Sequence record: SRR2962707_2057
DNA: 40,631 nucleotides
Direction: 5' to 3' (one strand)
Shown one piece after another: positions 1-9,609 of the stretch (position 1 is its first letter; every line of letters starts with the position of its first letter). A model generated the notes under the pieces. It did not search any database. It saw only the letters and a program-made list of their open reading frames with translations, and had not been told where the DNA came from. A program made the translations under genes and the position numbers.

Positions 1-1
1 C

Positions 2-385
2 TTCAAACCCAATACCGACGACATGCGCGACGCCCCCTCCATCGCCATCATCCAGACGTTGCGCGACGCAGGCGCCACAGTGCGTGCTTATGATCCCGAA
101 GGCATGGAAATGGCCAAAGCCGCGCTTGAAGGCGTCGAATATACCGCGAACGCCTATGATGCGGCCACTGGTGCAGATTGCCTCGTTCTAGTCACCGAAT
201 GGAACCAGTTCCGCTCACTCGATCTCCGCAGGATACATGAAGTAATGGCTACGCCCTCTCTGGTCGACCTGCGCAACATTTACCGCCGCAACGAGATTGA
301 AACCGCCGGCTTTGCCTATACCTCGATCGGGCGCAGCGATCAGACTACGGACCAGGCGCCATCAGCGCTGGAAGCTGTTGAATGA
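2..385 (+). CDS. ugd: UDP-glucose 6-dehydrogenase, C-terminal part (5' end outside window)
   Basis: Frame open from base 2 reads [12 protein letters not shown]...AYDP...VLVTEWNQF...VDLRN, the UDP-binding domain of UDP-Glc/GDP-Man dehydrogenases. Its stop overlaps the next ATG (ATGA). Confidence 0.9.
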   Translation, partial: FKPNTDDMRDAPSIAIIQTLRDAGATVRAYDPEGMEMAKAALEGVEYTANAYDAATGADCLVLVTEWNQFRSLDLRRIHEVMATPSLVDLRNIYRRNEIETAGFAYTSIGRSDQTTDQAPSALEAVE

Positions 386-1395
386 AGTACTTCGTCACAG
401 GGTCGGCCGGGTTCATCGGCTTTCATCTCTCCATGCGCCTCTTGGCCGACGGCCACGAGGTCATGGGTTTTGACGGGATGACCGATTATTACGATCCTGC
501 CTTAAAGCAGAGCCGATTGGCCCTCCTGCGGACGTCTAACGGCTTTACGGCTGTCGAGGCCATGCTCGAGGACAAGGAGGCTCTCGAAGGCGCGATCGCG
601 TCCTCTGCACCCGATATCGTCGTCCACCTGGCTGCCCAGGCCGGGGTGCGCTATTCGATCGAACACCCCCAAACCTACATCGAATCCAACCTCTCCGGAA
701 CGTTCAACCTGCTCGAAGCTGTCCGCGCTCATCCGGTCAAACACCTGCTGATCGCTTCGACGTCTTCGGTCTATGGCGGCAACGAGGATACGCCGTTCAA
801 GGAAACAGATCGCGCCGACTTTCCGATCTCGCTCTATGCGGCGACGAAAAAGGCCGGCGAGGCCATGAGCCATTCATACGCCCATCTGTGGAATATCCCC
901 ACGACCTGTTTTCGGTTCTTCACCGTCTATGGGCCATGGGGTCGCCCGGACATGGCGCTGTTTAAATTTGTCGACGCCATCGTGAGCGATAAAGCCATCG
1001 AAATTTATGGCAATGGCGAGATGGCGCGCGATTTCACTTACATTGACGATCTCATCGAAGGCATCGTGCGCCTGGCCAGCGCCGTGCCCGAAAAGGGTAG
1101 CCCGGTCCTAGCCGCGGGTGTCACGGACTCGCTATCATCGGTCGCCCCATGGCGGGCGGTCAATATCGCCGGCGGCAAACCGGTCCAGCTGATGCCATTC
1201 ATCCGGACCATCGAAGCGTGTCTGGGCAAGGCGGCGAAAATGACGATGCTGCCCATGCAGCAGGGGGATATGGTTGAAACATTCGCGGATCCCGGTTTGC
1301 TCAAGGCGCTCACCGGGTTCGTGCCGAGCGTCGACGTTGAAACCGGGGTCAGGGCTTTTGTCGAGTGGTATGAGGGCTACCGGAATGCCGCATAA
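382..1395 (+). CDS. UDP-glucuronate 4-epimerase (LpsL/Cap1J-like extended SDR)
   Basis: GSAGFIG NAD motif, [24 protein letters not shown] catalytic motif, [15 protein letters not shown]; coupled to ugd. Confidence 0.88.
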   Translation: MKYFVTGSAGFIGFHLSMRLLADGHEVMGFDGMTDYYDPALKQSRLALLRTSNGFTAVEAMLEDKEALEGAIASSAPDIVVHLAAQAGVRYSIEHPQTYIESNLSGTFNLLEAVRAHPVKHLLIASTSSVYGGNEDTPFKETDRADFPISLYAATKKAGEAMSHSYAHLWNIPTTCFRFFTVYGPWGRPDMALFKFVDAIVSDKAIEIYGNGEMARDFTYIDDLIEGIVRLASAVPEKGSPVLAAGVTDSLSSVAPWRAVNIAGGKPVQLMPFIRTIEACLGKAAKMTMLPMQQGDMVETFADPGLLKALTGFVPSVDVETGVRAFVEWYEGYRNAA

Positions 1396-1469
1396 CCGAA
1401 AAGCTCCGATCCGCTACTGTCGACAATGGCCCTTTCGGCACATTTCGCACCGCATTGAAATGGTGAGAG

Positions 1470-2450
1470 ATGACTAGAAAGAACGCTCTGGTATTTGGCG
1501 GCGCAGGCTTTATCGGTTCGCATCTGCTCAGGTCTCTCGCCGAAAGCGGAGAGTATGATCTGATCGTGAGCGCCGATATTGCCGAGCCACGCTTTGTTGT
1601 CGAAGGGGTCGAATACAAATACGTCGACGTTCGGCAGCCCATTGCGGATGACATTTGCCCCGGCGCCAGCGAAACGTACAATCTTGCCGCCGTTCACACG
1701 ACACCCGGTCATGAGGACTGGGAGTATTTCTATACCAACGTGCTTGGCGCCACCCATTGTTGCGATTATGCCCGCCGTATCGGCTGCGAAAGGATCGTCT
1801 TTACGAGCTCGATTTCCGTCTACGGTGCGAGCGAAACCCTCAAGGACGAAACCTCGGCGCTTGAGCCCGATTCGGCCTATGGACGTTCAAAACTGTGCGC
1901 CGAGGAAATCCATGCCCAGTGGCTCAACGAGGCCACCGATGCGCGACGCCTTGTCGTCGCCCGCCCCGCGGTGATCTACGGCTATACCGAGCGGGGCAAT
2001 TTTACCCGCCTGGCCCGTGCCATGGAAAAAGGCCGCTTCTTTTTCCCTGGCCGCAAGGACACCATCAAGGCCTGCGGCTATGTCGAAGATCTGGTGGCTT
2101 CCTTCCGCTTCGCCCTCGAGCGAAACGAAACGCATCTGACCTATAACTTCGCCCATATGGAGCGCTACACTTCGGAAGATATCTGTGACACCTTCACCGA
2201 TGTGGCCGGTTACAAAAAGGTCACGCTGGTTGTTCCCATGCCGATTATGATGCTTGGGGGACTGGCCCTTGAGATTTTGGGCAAGCTTGGCATTCGCACC
2301 TCGATCAACCGGGCCCGCATTAGAAAACTCTACAAATCGACAAACATCATGCCGCAAAAGCTTCGCGAAATGGGCTTCCAGTACCGCTACGGCCTTAAAC
2401 AATCGCTCCAACGCTGGCTGGAAATGAGTGAAGGCGCCCAGTTCAAGTAA
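1470..2450 (+). CDS. NAD-dependent epimerase/dehydratase (extended SDR), substrate unknown
   Basis: GGAGFIG, NLAA, TSSISVYG, YGRSK catalytic YxxxK. Confidence 0.85.
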   Translation: MTRKNALVFGGAGFIGSHLLRSLAESGEYDLIVSADIAEPRFVVEGVEYKYVDVRQPIADDICPGASETYNLAAVHTTPGHEDWEYFYTNVLGATHCCDYARRIGCERIVFTSSISVYGASETLKDETSALEPDSAYGRSKLCAEEIHAQWLNEATDARRLVVARPAVIYGYTERGNFTRLARAMEKGRFFFPGRKDTIKACGYVEDLVASFRFALERNETHLTYNFAHMERYTSEDICDTFTDVAGYKKVTLVVPMPIMMLGGLALEILGKLGIRTSINRARIRKLYKSTNIMPQKLREMGFQYRYGLKQSLQRWLEMSEGAQFK

Positions 2451-2507
2451 ATAGCGTTGCAGGTTTCCCATCGCGGCAAAGGAACAGAAACCAACGCCTG
2501 CCGGAAG

Positions 2508-3656
2508 ATGACGACCTTGAGAGTTGCGATCATTCATTACTGGCTGCTGCATATGCGGGGGGGCGAGAAGGTCCTTGAATCCCTGTGCAAGCTCTTTCCG
2601 CAAGCCGACATCTTTACCCACGTCTATGATGCGAACGGGGTCAGCGCCGCCATTCGCAGCCACACGGTGCACACCACCGCCATCTCGAAATTGCCGGCGG
2701 CCCATAAGCTCTACCGCAGCTATCTGCCCCTTATGCCCTTTGCGCTCGAGAGTATCGATCTCTCCGGATACGATCTGGTCATTTCGAGCGAGGCGGGACC
2801 TGCCAAGGGTGTCATCGCCCCGCCGGACGCGCCCCATATCTGCTATTGCCATTCGCCCATGCGCTACCTCTGGGACCAGTACCATCTCTATAAGAGCGGG
2901 GCCGGTCGTCTGGCCAGGCTGACCATGCCAATTCTCACGCCCGGCCTGCGGCAGTGGGACGTCACCTCGGCGGCCCGGGTCGATCAGTTCGTCGCCAATT
3001 CCATGCACGTGCAAAAGCGCATCAACAAATATTGGCGGCGTGACGCGCGGGTGGTCTATCCGCCGGTCGCCGTCGAGGATTTTTCCCCGGCCCCTCTGTC
3101 CGAGCGTGAGGATTTCTATCTCTGGGCCGGTGAGCTGGTCGGCTACAAGCGCCCCGATATCATGATCGATGCGTTCAACCGCATGGGTAAACGTCTTTTG
3201 GTCATCGGCGGTCCTGAAAAGACACGGCGGACGCTGGCCGCAAAGGCCAGGGCCAACATTACTTTTCTGGGTACGGTGCCCTTCGCCGACCTCAAATCGC
3301 ATATGGCACGCTGCAAGGCGCTGGTTTTCCCCGGCGAAGAGGATTTCGGTATCGTTCCTGTCGAAGTCATGGCTTCGGGACGCCCGGTCATTGCCTATGG
3401 CCGCGGTGGCGCCACCGAAACTGTCCGCGACGGCGAAACCGGCCTGCTGTTTGACGACCAAAGCGTCGAGGGCCTGATCGACGCCATTGAACGCTTCGAG
3501 CGCTCGGGCCTCGCCGACGCTGATCCCCAGGCGATCGCCGCCCACACCGGCCGGTTCAGCGAACAGAACTTCCTCGCGGGTATGACAGAGGTTCTCGCCC
3601 AGTACGGCGCAATGCCCGAAATAAGCCCCGACCAGATACGCAGGACCTCCCAATGA
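2508..3656 (+). CDS. GT4 glycosyltransferase (WbaZ/ExpE7-like, possibly mannosyltransferase)
   Basis: H-W-L...GGEKVL, YCHSPMRY-WD, EEDFGIVPVEVMASGRPV (EX7E). ATG at 2508 preferred over the TTG ORF start at 2457. Confidence 0.88.
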   Translation: MTTLRVAIIHYWLLHMRGGEKVLESLCKLFPQADIFTHVYDANGVSAAIRSHTVHTTAISKLPAAHKLYRSYLPLMPFALESIDLSGYDLVISSEAGPAKGVIAPPDAPHICYCHSPMRYLWDQYHLYKSGAGRLARLTMPILTPGLRQWDVTSAARVDQFVANSMHVQKRINKYWRRDARVVYPPVAVEDFSPAPLSEREDFYLWAGELVGYKRPDIMIDAFNRMGKRLLVIGGPEKTRRTLAAKARANITFLGTVPFADLKSHMARCKALVFPGEEDFGIVPVEVMASGRPVIAYGRGGATETVRDGETGLLFDDQSVEGLIDAIERFERSGLADADPQAIAAHTGRFSEQNFLAGMTEVLAQYGAMPEISPDQIRRTSQ

Positions 3657-5017
3657 TCACGGCCACCTGGGGGCGCATCAGGGCGCGAGCTGCGGCACTG
3701 GCCAATGACGATGTGATGGCAAAGCTGGCCCGTGGCGGAATGGCAGCCCTCATCATCAAGATCGGCGGCGCGGGCCTGTCGTTCCTGATGTTCCTGATGC
3801 TGGCCCGCGCCATGAGCGCGGAGGAATACGGACGCTTCGGTTTCGCATTCTCCCTCGCAACCCTTCTGGCCGTCGTCGGCAGTTTTGGTTTCCGATCGCT
3901 GGTGCTGCGCTACGCCGCCGCCTATGCCGCCGATGGAGCGATCGAACTCGAACGCGGTGTTATTCGCCACGGCTATGTCGTAACCGCGCTGGGGTGCGGC
4001 GTTCTCGGGCTCGGCGTCGCCATTTTTGCAGCCTTTGTCCCGGGCGTGAGCCACCCATCCTATCTGATAGCCGCCGGAGCCTTTACGCTTGTGTTGGGTC
4101 TGGCCGAATATCAGGCCAGCGTCATGCGGGCCATCACTGGGATAACGCTTTCGCTCGTCCCCCGCGACATCATTTGGCGTCTGCTTGTGGTTGCCGGGTG
4201 CGGGCTGGTGACTATAGAGCTTTTCCCGCAATTGACCGCGACCAGCGGCACGATTCTCATTGCCGCTGTGTTGCTCGTGGTCCTTCTGGGTCAGGCGCTG
4301 GCGCACCCCATGACACGCCCCGGCCCCCTCATCACCGGGCCCGTACAAAGCGAACGCAAAAAATGGTGGAGTTCGGTCGGCAGCCTGTGGGGAACACTTA
4401 TCGTGCGCAGCTCGGCGCCCAATCTGGCCGTGGTCTATCTTGGCTTCGTCATGTCGCCAGCTGCGACCGGGACCTTTTTTGCAGCCCTGCAGCTATCGGT
4501 AGCGATGAATCTTTTTCTGATGTCCTCTGGCATAGTGGTCGCTCCAGCTATCGCCCGCCATTTCCACCGCAGGGAGATCGATAGCGTACGCAACCTTTGC
4601 CTGGTCACAGTGTCGGCGGTTGCCATCCCCACCATAATCATCTTCGCCGCCTTCCTGATATTCGGGCACCAAATATTGGGTCTGTTCGGAGACGGTTTTG
4701 AAAACGGATACACCGCATTGCTCATCCTGAGCGCCGGCAACCTCGTCAATGCGCTCTCCGGGCCCACGATTCCGATGATGGAGATGACGGGTTCGGAGCG
4801 GCCCTATTTCCGGATCATCCTGGCAACCAACATCACAGCATTGCTTCTGATTGCCGTACTGACGCCCATTTGGGGAACGGTCGGCGCCGCCATTGCGGTG
4901 GCCTTCGCAACAAGCGCCTGGAACGTCGGTTGCATAGCGTATTGCCGCAAAAACCTGGGTGTGGATCCCTCGATACTCTCAATCTTTCCCTCGGCGCGTC
5001 GGCAAAAGAAGGGGTAA
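3653..5017 (+). CDS. wzx: Wzx-type oligosaccharide flippase (MOP/PST family)
   Basis: About 12 hydrophobic segments; LARAMSAEEYGRFG and LTPIWGTVGAAIA motifs typical of PST flippases; ATGA-coupled to the upstream GT. Confidence 0.82.
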   Translation: MITATWGRIRARAAALANDDVMAKLARGGMAALIIKIGGAGLSFLMFLMLARAMSAEEYGRFGFAFSLATLLAVVGSFGFRSLVLRYAAAYAADGAIELERGVIRHGYVVTALGCGVLGLGVAIFAAFVPGVSHPSYLIAAGAFTLVLGLAEYQASVMRAITGITLSLVPRDIIWRLLVVAGCGLVTIELFPQLTATSGTILIAAVLLVVLLGQALAHPMTRPGPLITGPVQSERKKWWSSVGSLWGTLIVRSSAPNLAVVYLGFVMSPAATGTFFAALQLSVAMNLFLMSSGIVVAPAIARHFHRREIDSVRNLCLVTVSAVAIPTIIIFAAFLIFGHQILGLFGDGFENGYTALLILSAGNLVNALSGPTIPMMEMTGSERPYFRIILATNITALLLIAVLTPIWGTVGAAIAVAFATSAWNVGCIAYCRKNLGVDPSILSIFPSARRQKKG

Positions 5018-5023
5018 CGGATT

Positions 5024-5854
5024 TTGAGACTTCCGGACTTCATCCATATCGGCACGGGAAAGTCGGCCACAACGTGGCTATTTTCCGTGCTTTCCAAGCA
5101 TTCGGATATCTACCTTACACCCGTCAAAGAAACCAACTTCTTTGACCTAAATTATCATCGTGGAATAGCATGGTATGGGCGCTTCTTTGATGAAGCGAAG
5201 AACGAGGCCGTAGTGGGTGAAATCTCCCATCGCTATATACATCATCGGGCTGCGGCCGATCGCATCAAGAGCGACGTCGGCAATGTAAAGATTATTGTAG
5301 GCCTCAGAGAACCACGCGATTATTGCATATCAGATTATCTCTTCACCAAGCGCAACGGGCGCTTTTCGGGCACCTTGGACGAATGGTGTGAAACGGGTTT
5401 TGATTGGGAAACTATCGCTTATCAAACCATGTTGGAGCCATTTCTCTCCACGTTTGGCAAGGATCACTTATGCGTCTATCGGTTCGACGATCTTTCGGCC
5501 AATCCCCAAAATGTTCTTAATCGGATTACTGACCATCTCGCCGTCAGCCGCCGCATTCTGTCGGATGCGGAACACTCGCCGGTCAACACCGCCGCACGCC
5601 CCCGGAATGTGGCCATTGCAAACTTGGTCAACCGTTCGTCCAAGTTCGTGAAGCGGCGTGGTGGCCAGCGATTAGTTGCCGCCATCAAATACAACCCTGT
5701 CGTTCAAAGGCTTCTGTATCGTTCAGTGATCCAAAGACCCCAAATAAGCTCCAAGTGGTCTCAGGAAATTATCGATTACACGAGGCCGCACGCCAAATGG
5801 GTCGACGACAAGCTCGATGTTGAGCTCGTAACTTCTTGGAAGCTCGGCCAATGA
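5024..5854 (+). CDS. PAPS-dependent sulfotransferase family protein
   Basis: N-terminal PDFIHIGTGKSATTWL (5'-PSB loop), KETNFF, LREPRDYCIS (3'-PB-like). TTG start with ggggtaacgg upstream. Confidence 0.8.
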   Translation: MRLPDFIHIGTGKSATTWLFSVLSKHSDIYLTPVKETNFFDLNYHRGIAWYGRFFDEAKNEAVVGEISHRYIHHRAAADRIKSDVGNVKIIVGLREPRDYCISDYLFTKRNGRFSGTLDEWCETGFDWETIAYQTMLEPFLSTFGKDHLCVYRFDDLSANPQNVLNRITDHLAVSRRILSDAEHSPVNTAARPRNVAIANLVNRSSKFVKRRGGQRLVAAIKYNPVVQRLLYRSVIQRPQISSKWSQEIIDYTRPHAKWVDDKLDVELVTSWKLGQ

Positions 5855-6774
5855 CTTCTACCCCCAAGCCAAACACCTTTATAATAGGCGCGCCAAAATG
5901 CGGAACCTCCGCATTGGCAAAGTATCTATCGGAACACCCGAACGTTTTGTTTTCTACGCCAAAGGAGCCTTTTTTTTGGTGCGATGATTTTCCCCGATTA
6001 AAGCATGAAATGTCACTGGAAACCATGGACGATTATTTATCGGTATTTCGAGGATACGATCCACAAATCCATACTGTGATTGCCGAGGGCAGCACACGGT
6101 ACCTCCGTTCCAGTGTAGCGATCGAGCGGATACTTTCTTACAATCCGGATGCGAAATTTATAGCCATGGTCCGCAATCCAATCGAGCTCGTTCATGCCTA
6201 CCACATGGAGCAGCGCTATTCTCTTCATGAGGACATTGCCTCATTTGAAGAGGCATGGAGAGCCCAGGACGAGCGGGCAATCGGTCGCCGCATCCCACGG
6301 GGCTGTCGTGAGCCAGCCTTTCTGCAGTATGGGAAGGTCGGGCTGCTTGGCGAACAAATACAATATGCGACGGAGCTGATACCTAAAGATCGCCTCCGAA
6401 TAATAACGTTGGACGACTTCAAGGCCGATACGCCCAAGGTCTACAAAGAAATCCTAAGGTTTCTCGGCCTGGAGGACGACCGGCGCCAGGACTTCCCGGT
6501 GGTCAACTCAGCTCATGCACATCGGCACGAGTGGCTAGCGAAACTCATACTCACTCCACCCAGGATCATAGAAAGGCCCCTCCTTTCTGTGCGCAGACAC
6601 CTGTGGGAGAGGCGTTATGGCCCGGTTGAATGGATAAAAGGTAGCCTAAATACCAGGAAGCCGCGGCAGGAAATCTCTCCCGCGTTTAGAGATGAACTGA
6701 AACAGCATTTCCGGCAGGATGTGGACAAGCTCAGCAATTTAATCGGCAAGGACTTGGGGCATTGGACCGCTTAA
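5851..6774 (+). CDS. PAPS-dependent sulfotransferase family protein
   Basis: PNTFIIGAPKCGTSAL, HPNV...KEPFFW, EGSTRYL, VRNP. ATG 5851 overlaps the previous stop (ATGA). Confidence 0.85.
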   Translation: MTSTPKPNTFIIGAPKCGTSALAKYLSEHPNVLFSTPKEPFFWCDDFPRLKHEMSLETMDDYLSVFRGYDPQIHTVIAEGSTRYLRSSVAIERILSYNPDAKFIAMVRNPIELVHAYHMEQRYSLHEDIASFEEAWRAQDERAIGRRIPRGCREPAFLQYGKVGLLGEQIQYATELIPKDRLRIITLDDFKADTPKVYKEILRFLGLEDDRRQDFPVVNSAHAHRHEWLAKLILTPPRIIERPLLSVRRHLWERRYGPVEWIKGSLNTRKPRQEISPAFRDELKQHFRQDVDKLSNLIGKDLGHWTA

Positions 6775-8006
6775 AAAGCCGCCTCTCCGGCGGCGAGCTG
6801 TTGATATATCGGATACTATGGCTCTATGCGGGCATCAGCCCATTGATTGCGTTCCGCGTTTCCGACAATTTTGCCATCGGCGCCGTTGATTTTCTGCTCA
6901 TTCCCGCGCTCTTTGCTCTTTTTTTTGTGAGCGGGAATCCTGTAACGCGAATAACGCTTCCGTATATTTTATTTATTTTCTTCTCAATCATAAGCTTTAC
7001 AATAAGCGCAGCAATAAATGATTTCAGCATGGGCGACTTGTCTATTATCCGAATAATTTCCATTTTTGCGCCGTTCTTGCTTGTAACCAAAATTAGAAAC
7101 TTTGGAAAAACCGAATACTGCACACTAGCACGCACTTTCTTGATCAGCGGAGGGGCGTCAATATTATTGGGTATCGCCTTTTTTCATATGGGAATAGAAT
7201 TGCGTACCGACCAGCAGCGAATTTGGTCCGGGGACGGCACCGGGTCCTCGGTTCGTGCCGGCGGAATTTTAGGAAACTCCAGTAATTTTGGCCATTTTAC
7301 CTCAATCTGGGGAACCGTTTCACTCGTATCAATAGTACTCTGCTCACCAAAGTACGCAAAAACACTAAGCATATTTGTCTTTAGTGTGGCGCTATATTCT
7401 ACTTTTATAAGTTCATCCAGAGCCGCCCTCTTACATTTAATCCTTGGGTGGGTGATAATGATCCCTATCATTTTCAGAATAAGGGAGATGGTATACTTTT
7501 TCTGTGCAGCAACGGCTGCGATTGTACTGCTAGTCGTCCTCTCGGAAGGCGAAATGAGTGGAACCATCGCGACCAATATCAGAAGACTGGATATATTAAA
7601 TATCACAGGCGAAAGTCAGTTTCTAAGAACGATTAGGTACGATAATTGGAACTACCTGCTGCAAATCTGGCAAAATCATCCTATAATCGGAACGGGATAC
7701 AAAAATATCGAGGTTGTATACGGAGTATATAGCGATAATGCTTTTCTCGGTATATTTATAGAACTCGGATTATTTGCAGGCGTCGCGTTCATATTTTTTT
7801 GGATCAATATAACTGCCAAAATGGCCTACTTGGCATTTAAAGGATCAAGTTGGGGAATTGGTGCACTGGCGATAATCATCTCAGAGATATCGCATGCGTT
7901 CACGCTAGACACATATACGCTCTGGTATTCCATGCCACTGGCAATGCTTTTTACCGCAGCAATTGCCCGCGTCGCTAGCAATGATTTCGCCGGTTCAAAC
8001 GCATGA
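6762..8006 (+). CDS. Wzy-like polysaccharide polymerase (O-antigen ligase/Wzy_C superfamily)
   Basis: About 10-12 TM segments; RAGGILGNSSNFG, SSSRAA, HPIIGTG and SDNAFL..ELG motifs; very AT-rich; lies within the wzx operon. Start (TTG) uncertain. Confidence 0.7.
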   Translation: MDRLKSRLSGGELLIYRILWLYAGISPLIAFRVSDNFAIGAVDFLLIPALFALFFVSGNPVTRITLPYILFIFFSIISFTISAAINDFSMGDLSIIRIISIFAPFLLVTKIRNFGKTEYCTLARTFLISGGASILLGIAFFHMGIELRTDQQRIWSGDGTGSSVRAGGILGNSSNFGHFTSIWGTVSLVSIVLCSPKYAKTLSIFVFSVALYSTFISSSRAALLHLILGWVIMIPIIFRIREMVYFFCAATAAIVLLVVLSEGEMSGTIATNIRRLDILNITGESQFLRTIRYDNWNYLLQIWQNHPIIGTGYKNIEVVYGVYSDNAFLGIFIELGLFAGVAFIFFWINITAKMAYLAFKGSSWGIGALAIIISEISHAFTLDTYTLWYSMPLAMLFTAAIARVASNDFAGSNA

Positions 8007-8024
8007 AAAGTGAACGGCTCCCCC

Positions 8025-9113
8025 ATGCGCATTCTCTTCCTGACCCTGCGCGCTGATATCGGCGGCGGTCCGGAGCATTTGTGTCAGTTGCTCCAGCACC
8101 TGCCTTCCGATATCGAGCCAATCGTCGCCTGTCCCCGCGAAGAGCCATATTTCTCGCGCTACAGCACACTCGTCGGCGCCGGCAATGTGCTGACCGTTCC
8201 TCATAGGGCCTTTCGGCTGGGTGCCTTGTTCCGGCTGACTCGGGCCGTGAGGGCTCGCAGCATCGATCTTGTTCACTCCCACGGCAAGGGCGCTGGCATC
8301 TACAGCCGGCTGCTCAGCCTGCAAACCGGCGTGCCCTCGGTACATACATTTCATGGTTTGCACGTGGGAGAATACGGCGCCGTAAAGAAAGCCCTCTACC
8401 TGATCGTGGAACGCATTTTGGGCTGTTTCACGACAAGGGCGATCTGCGTTTCAGATGGCGAACGCCAACTCATCGAAGCGGCCCGGTTCATTGCGCCCGA
8501 AAAACTGCGGACAGTCGTCAACGGTGTCGCAATACCCCAACAGCGCCCGCCAATCGCCCCTCCGCCTCCGCTGCGAATTATTTCTGTGAGCCGATACGAC
8601 CATCAGAAGTATCCCGAACTGGTGGTCGACATCGCCAACGCCCTGCGCCGGCTCCATCCGCAGCTGTCATTTCTCATCTCCGTGCTCGGGGATGGGGACA
8701 AACGCCATCGATGCCAAGAGTTGATCGACGCGGCCAGTCTGGGCGATTTTGTCCATCTCCCCGGCCCCACCTCGCATCCACGCGACGCGTTTAGAAACGC
8801 CCATGTCTATCTGTCGACTTCACGGTGGGAAGGAATGCCGCTGGCCGTGCTCGAGGCAATGTCGGAGGGCCTGCCGGTGGTCGCAACGGATGTGGTCGGC
8901 AATCGCGATGTGGTCAGGGACGGAAACACCGGGTTGCTGTTCCCCCTGGACGAGCCCGAAACGGCAGCCGCCAGCCTTGTTGCGATGAGCGAAACATCAC
9001 TCCGCTCAGCAGCGGGGCAAAAGGCTAGGGAGATGGTCGAAAAGCACTATTCGGTGGCCCAAATGGCAGCAAAAACCGCCGCCGTTTATGATGAGATCAC
9101 CCGCCGCGGCTAG
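8025..9113 (+). CDS. GT4 glycosyltransferase
   Basis: GGGPEH, VHSHG, VHTFHG, VVNGV, SRWEGMPLAVLEAMSEGLPVVATDVVG. Alternative GTG start at 8010. Confidence 0.9.
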   Translation: MRILFLTLRADIGGGPEHLCQLLQHLPSDIEPIVACPREEPYFSRYSTLVGAGNVLTVPHRAFRLGALFRLTRAVRARSIDLVHSHGKGAGIYSRLLSLQTGVPSVHTFHGLHVGEYGAVKKALYLIVERILGCFTTRAICVSDGERQLIEAARFIAPEKLRTVVNGVAIPQQRPPIAPPPPLRIISVSRYDHQKYPELVVDIANALRRLHPQLSFLISVLGDGDKRHRCQELIDAASLGDFVHLPGPTSHPRDAFRNAHVYLSTSRWEGMPLAVLEAMSEGLPVVATDVVGNRDVVRDGNTGLLFPLDEPETAAASLVAMSETSLRSAAGQKAREMVEKHYSVAQMAAKTAAVYDEITRRG

Positions 9114-9152
9114 ATAGCGGGGATAAGCCGGGCCGGCGGGCCGGATCAAGCC

Positions 9153-9512
9153 CTAACTTTCACCGTCCGGACCGGTCCCCGCATCATCGAGAACTTTGGA
9201 AATCGCCTCGAACACCTCCAGTTGGCGGGAAAGATCGGCGATCCGGTTGCGTGCCGCCTCAGCGGAGGCTTCGAAGGCAACGATTTCTTCTTCGTCACGC
9301 GTCGAGCGCTCACCATAATCCTCGCTATTGGCCAGGAGCGCTGCCGCGCGTTGGTACGCATCGTCCATGCGCCGCTGCAGCCCTGCCATTTCACGGTCCA
9401 CATCGGCGCGCTGGCGCGCCAGAACGCCGGAGATCGCCTGGCGTCGACCCTGGTCGGTCTGCCGGTCACGGTCCGCGGACCGCGTTTGAAATACGAAGCG
9501 AGGGCGAAACAT
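9153..9512 (-). CDS. Hypothetical small acidic coiled-coil protein
   Basis: 119 aa, helical heptad-like composition (FQTRSADRDRQTD...EEEIVAFEASAEAARNRIADLSRQL), co-oriented downstream of manC. Confidence 0.6.
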   Translation of the reverse strand: MFRPRFVFQTRSADRDRQTDQGRRQAISGVLARQRADVDREMAGLQRRMDDAYQRAAALLANSEDYGERSTRDEEEIVAFEASAEAARNRIADLSRQLEVFEAISKVLDDAGTGPDGES

Positions 9513-9609
9513 GGCGCGCGGGAACTCGGTGAATCACAAGGGCCCAAGATGGCCCGTTATGGTTAAGCTTGTCTCAACGCAGCACAGGAACGCGAGGGCC
9601 GGCTCGCGC

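Noticed and set aside
1887-3653. 588-aa minus-strand ORF
   Set aside because: Antisense shadow of the SDR and GT4 genes; no motifs; long shadow ORFs are expected at high GC.
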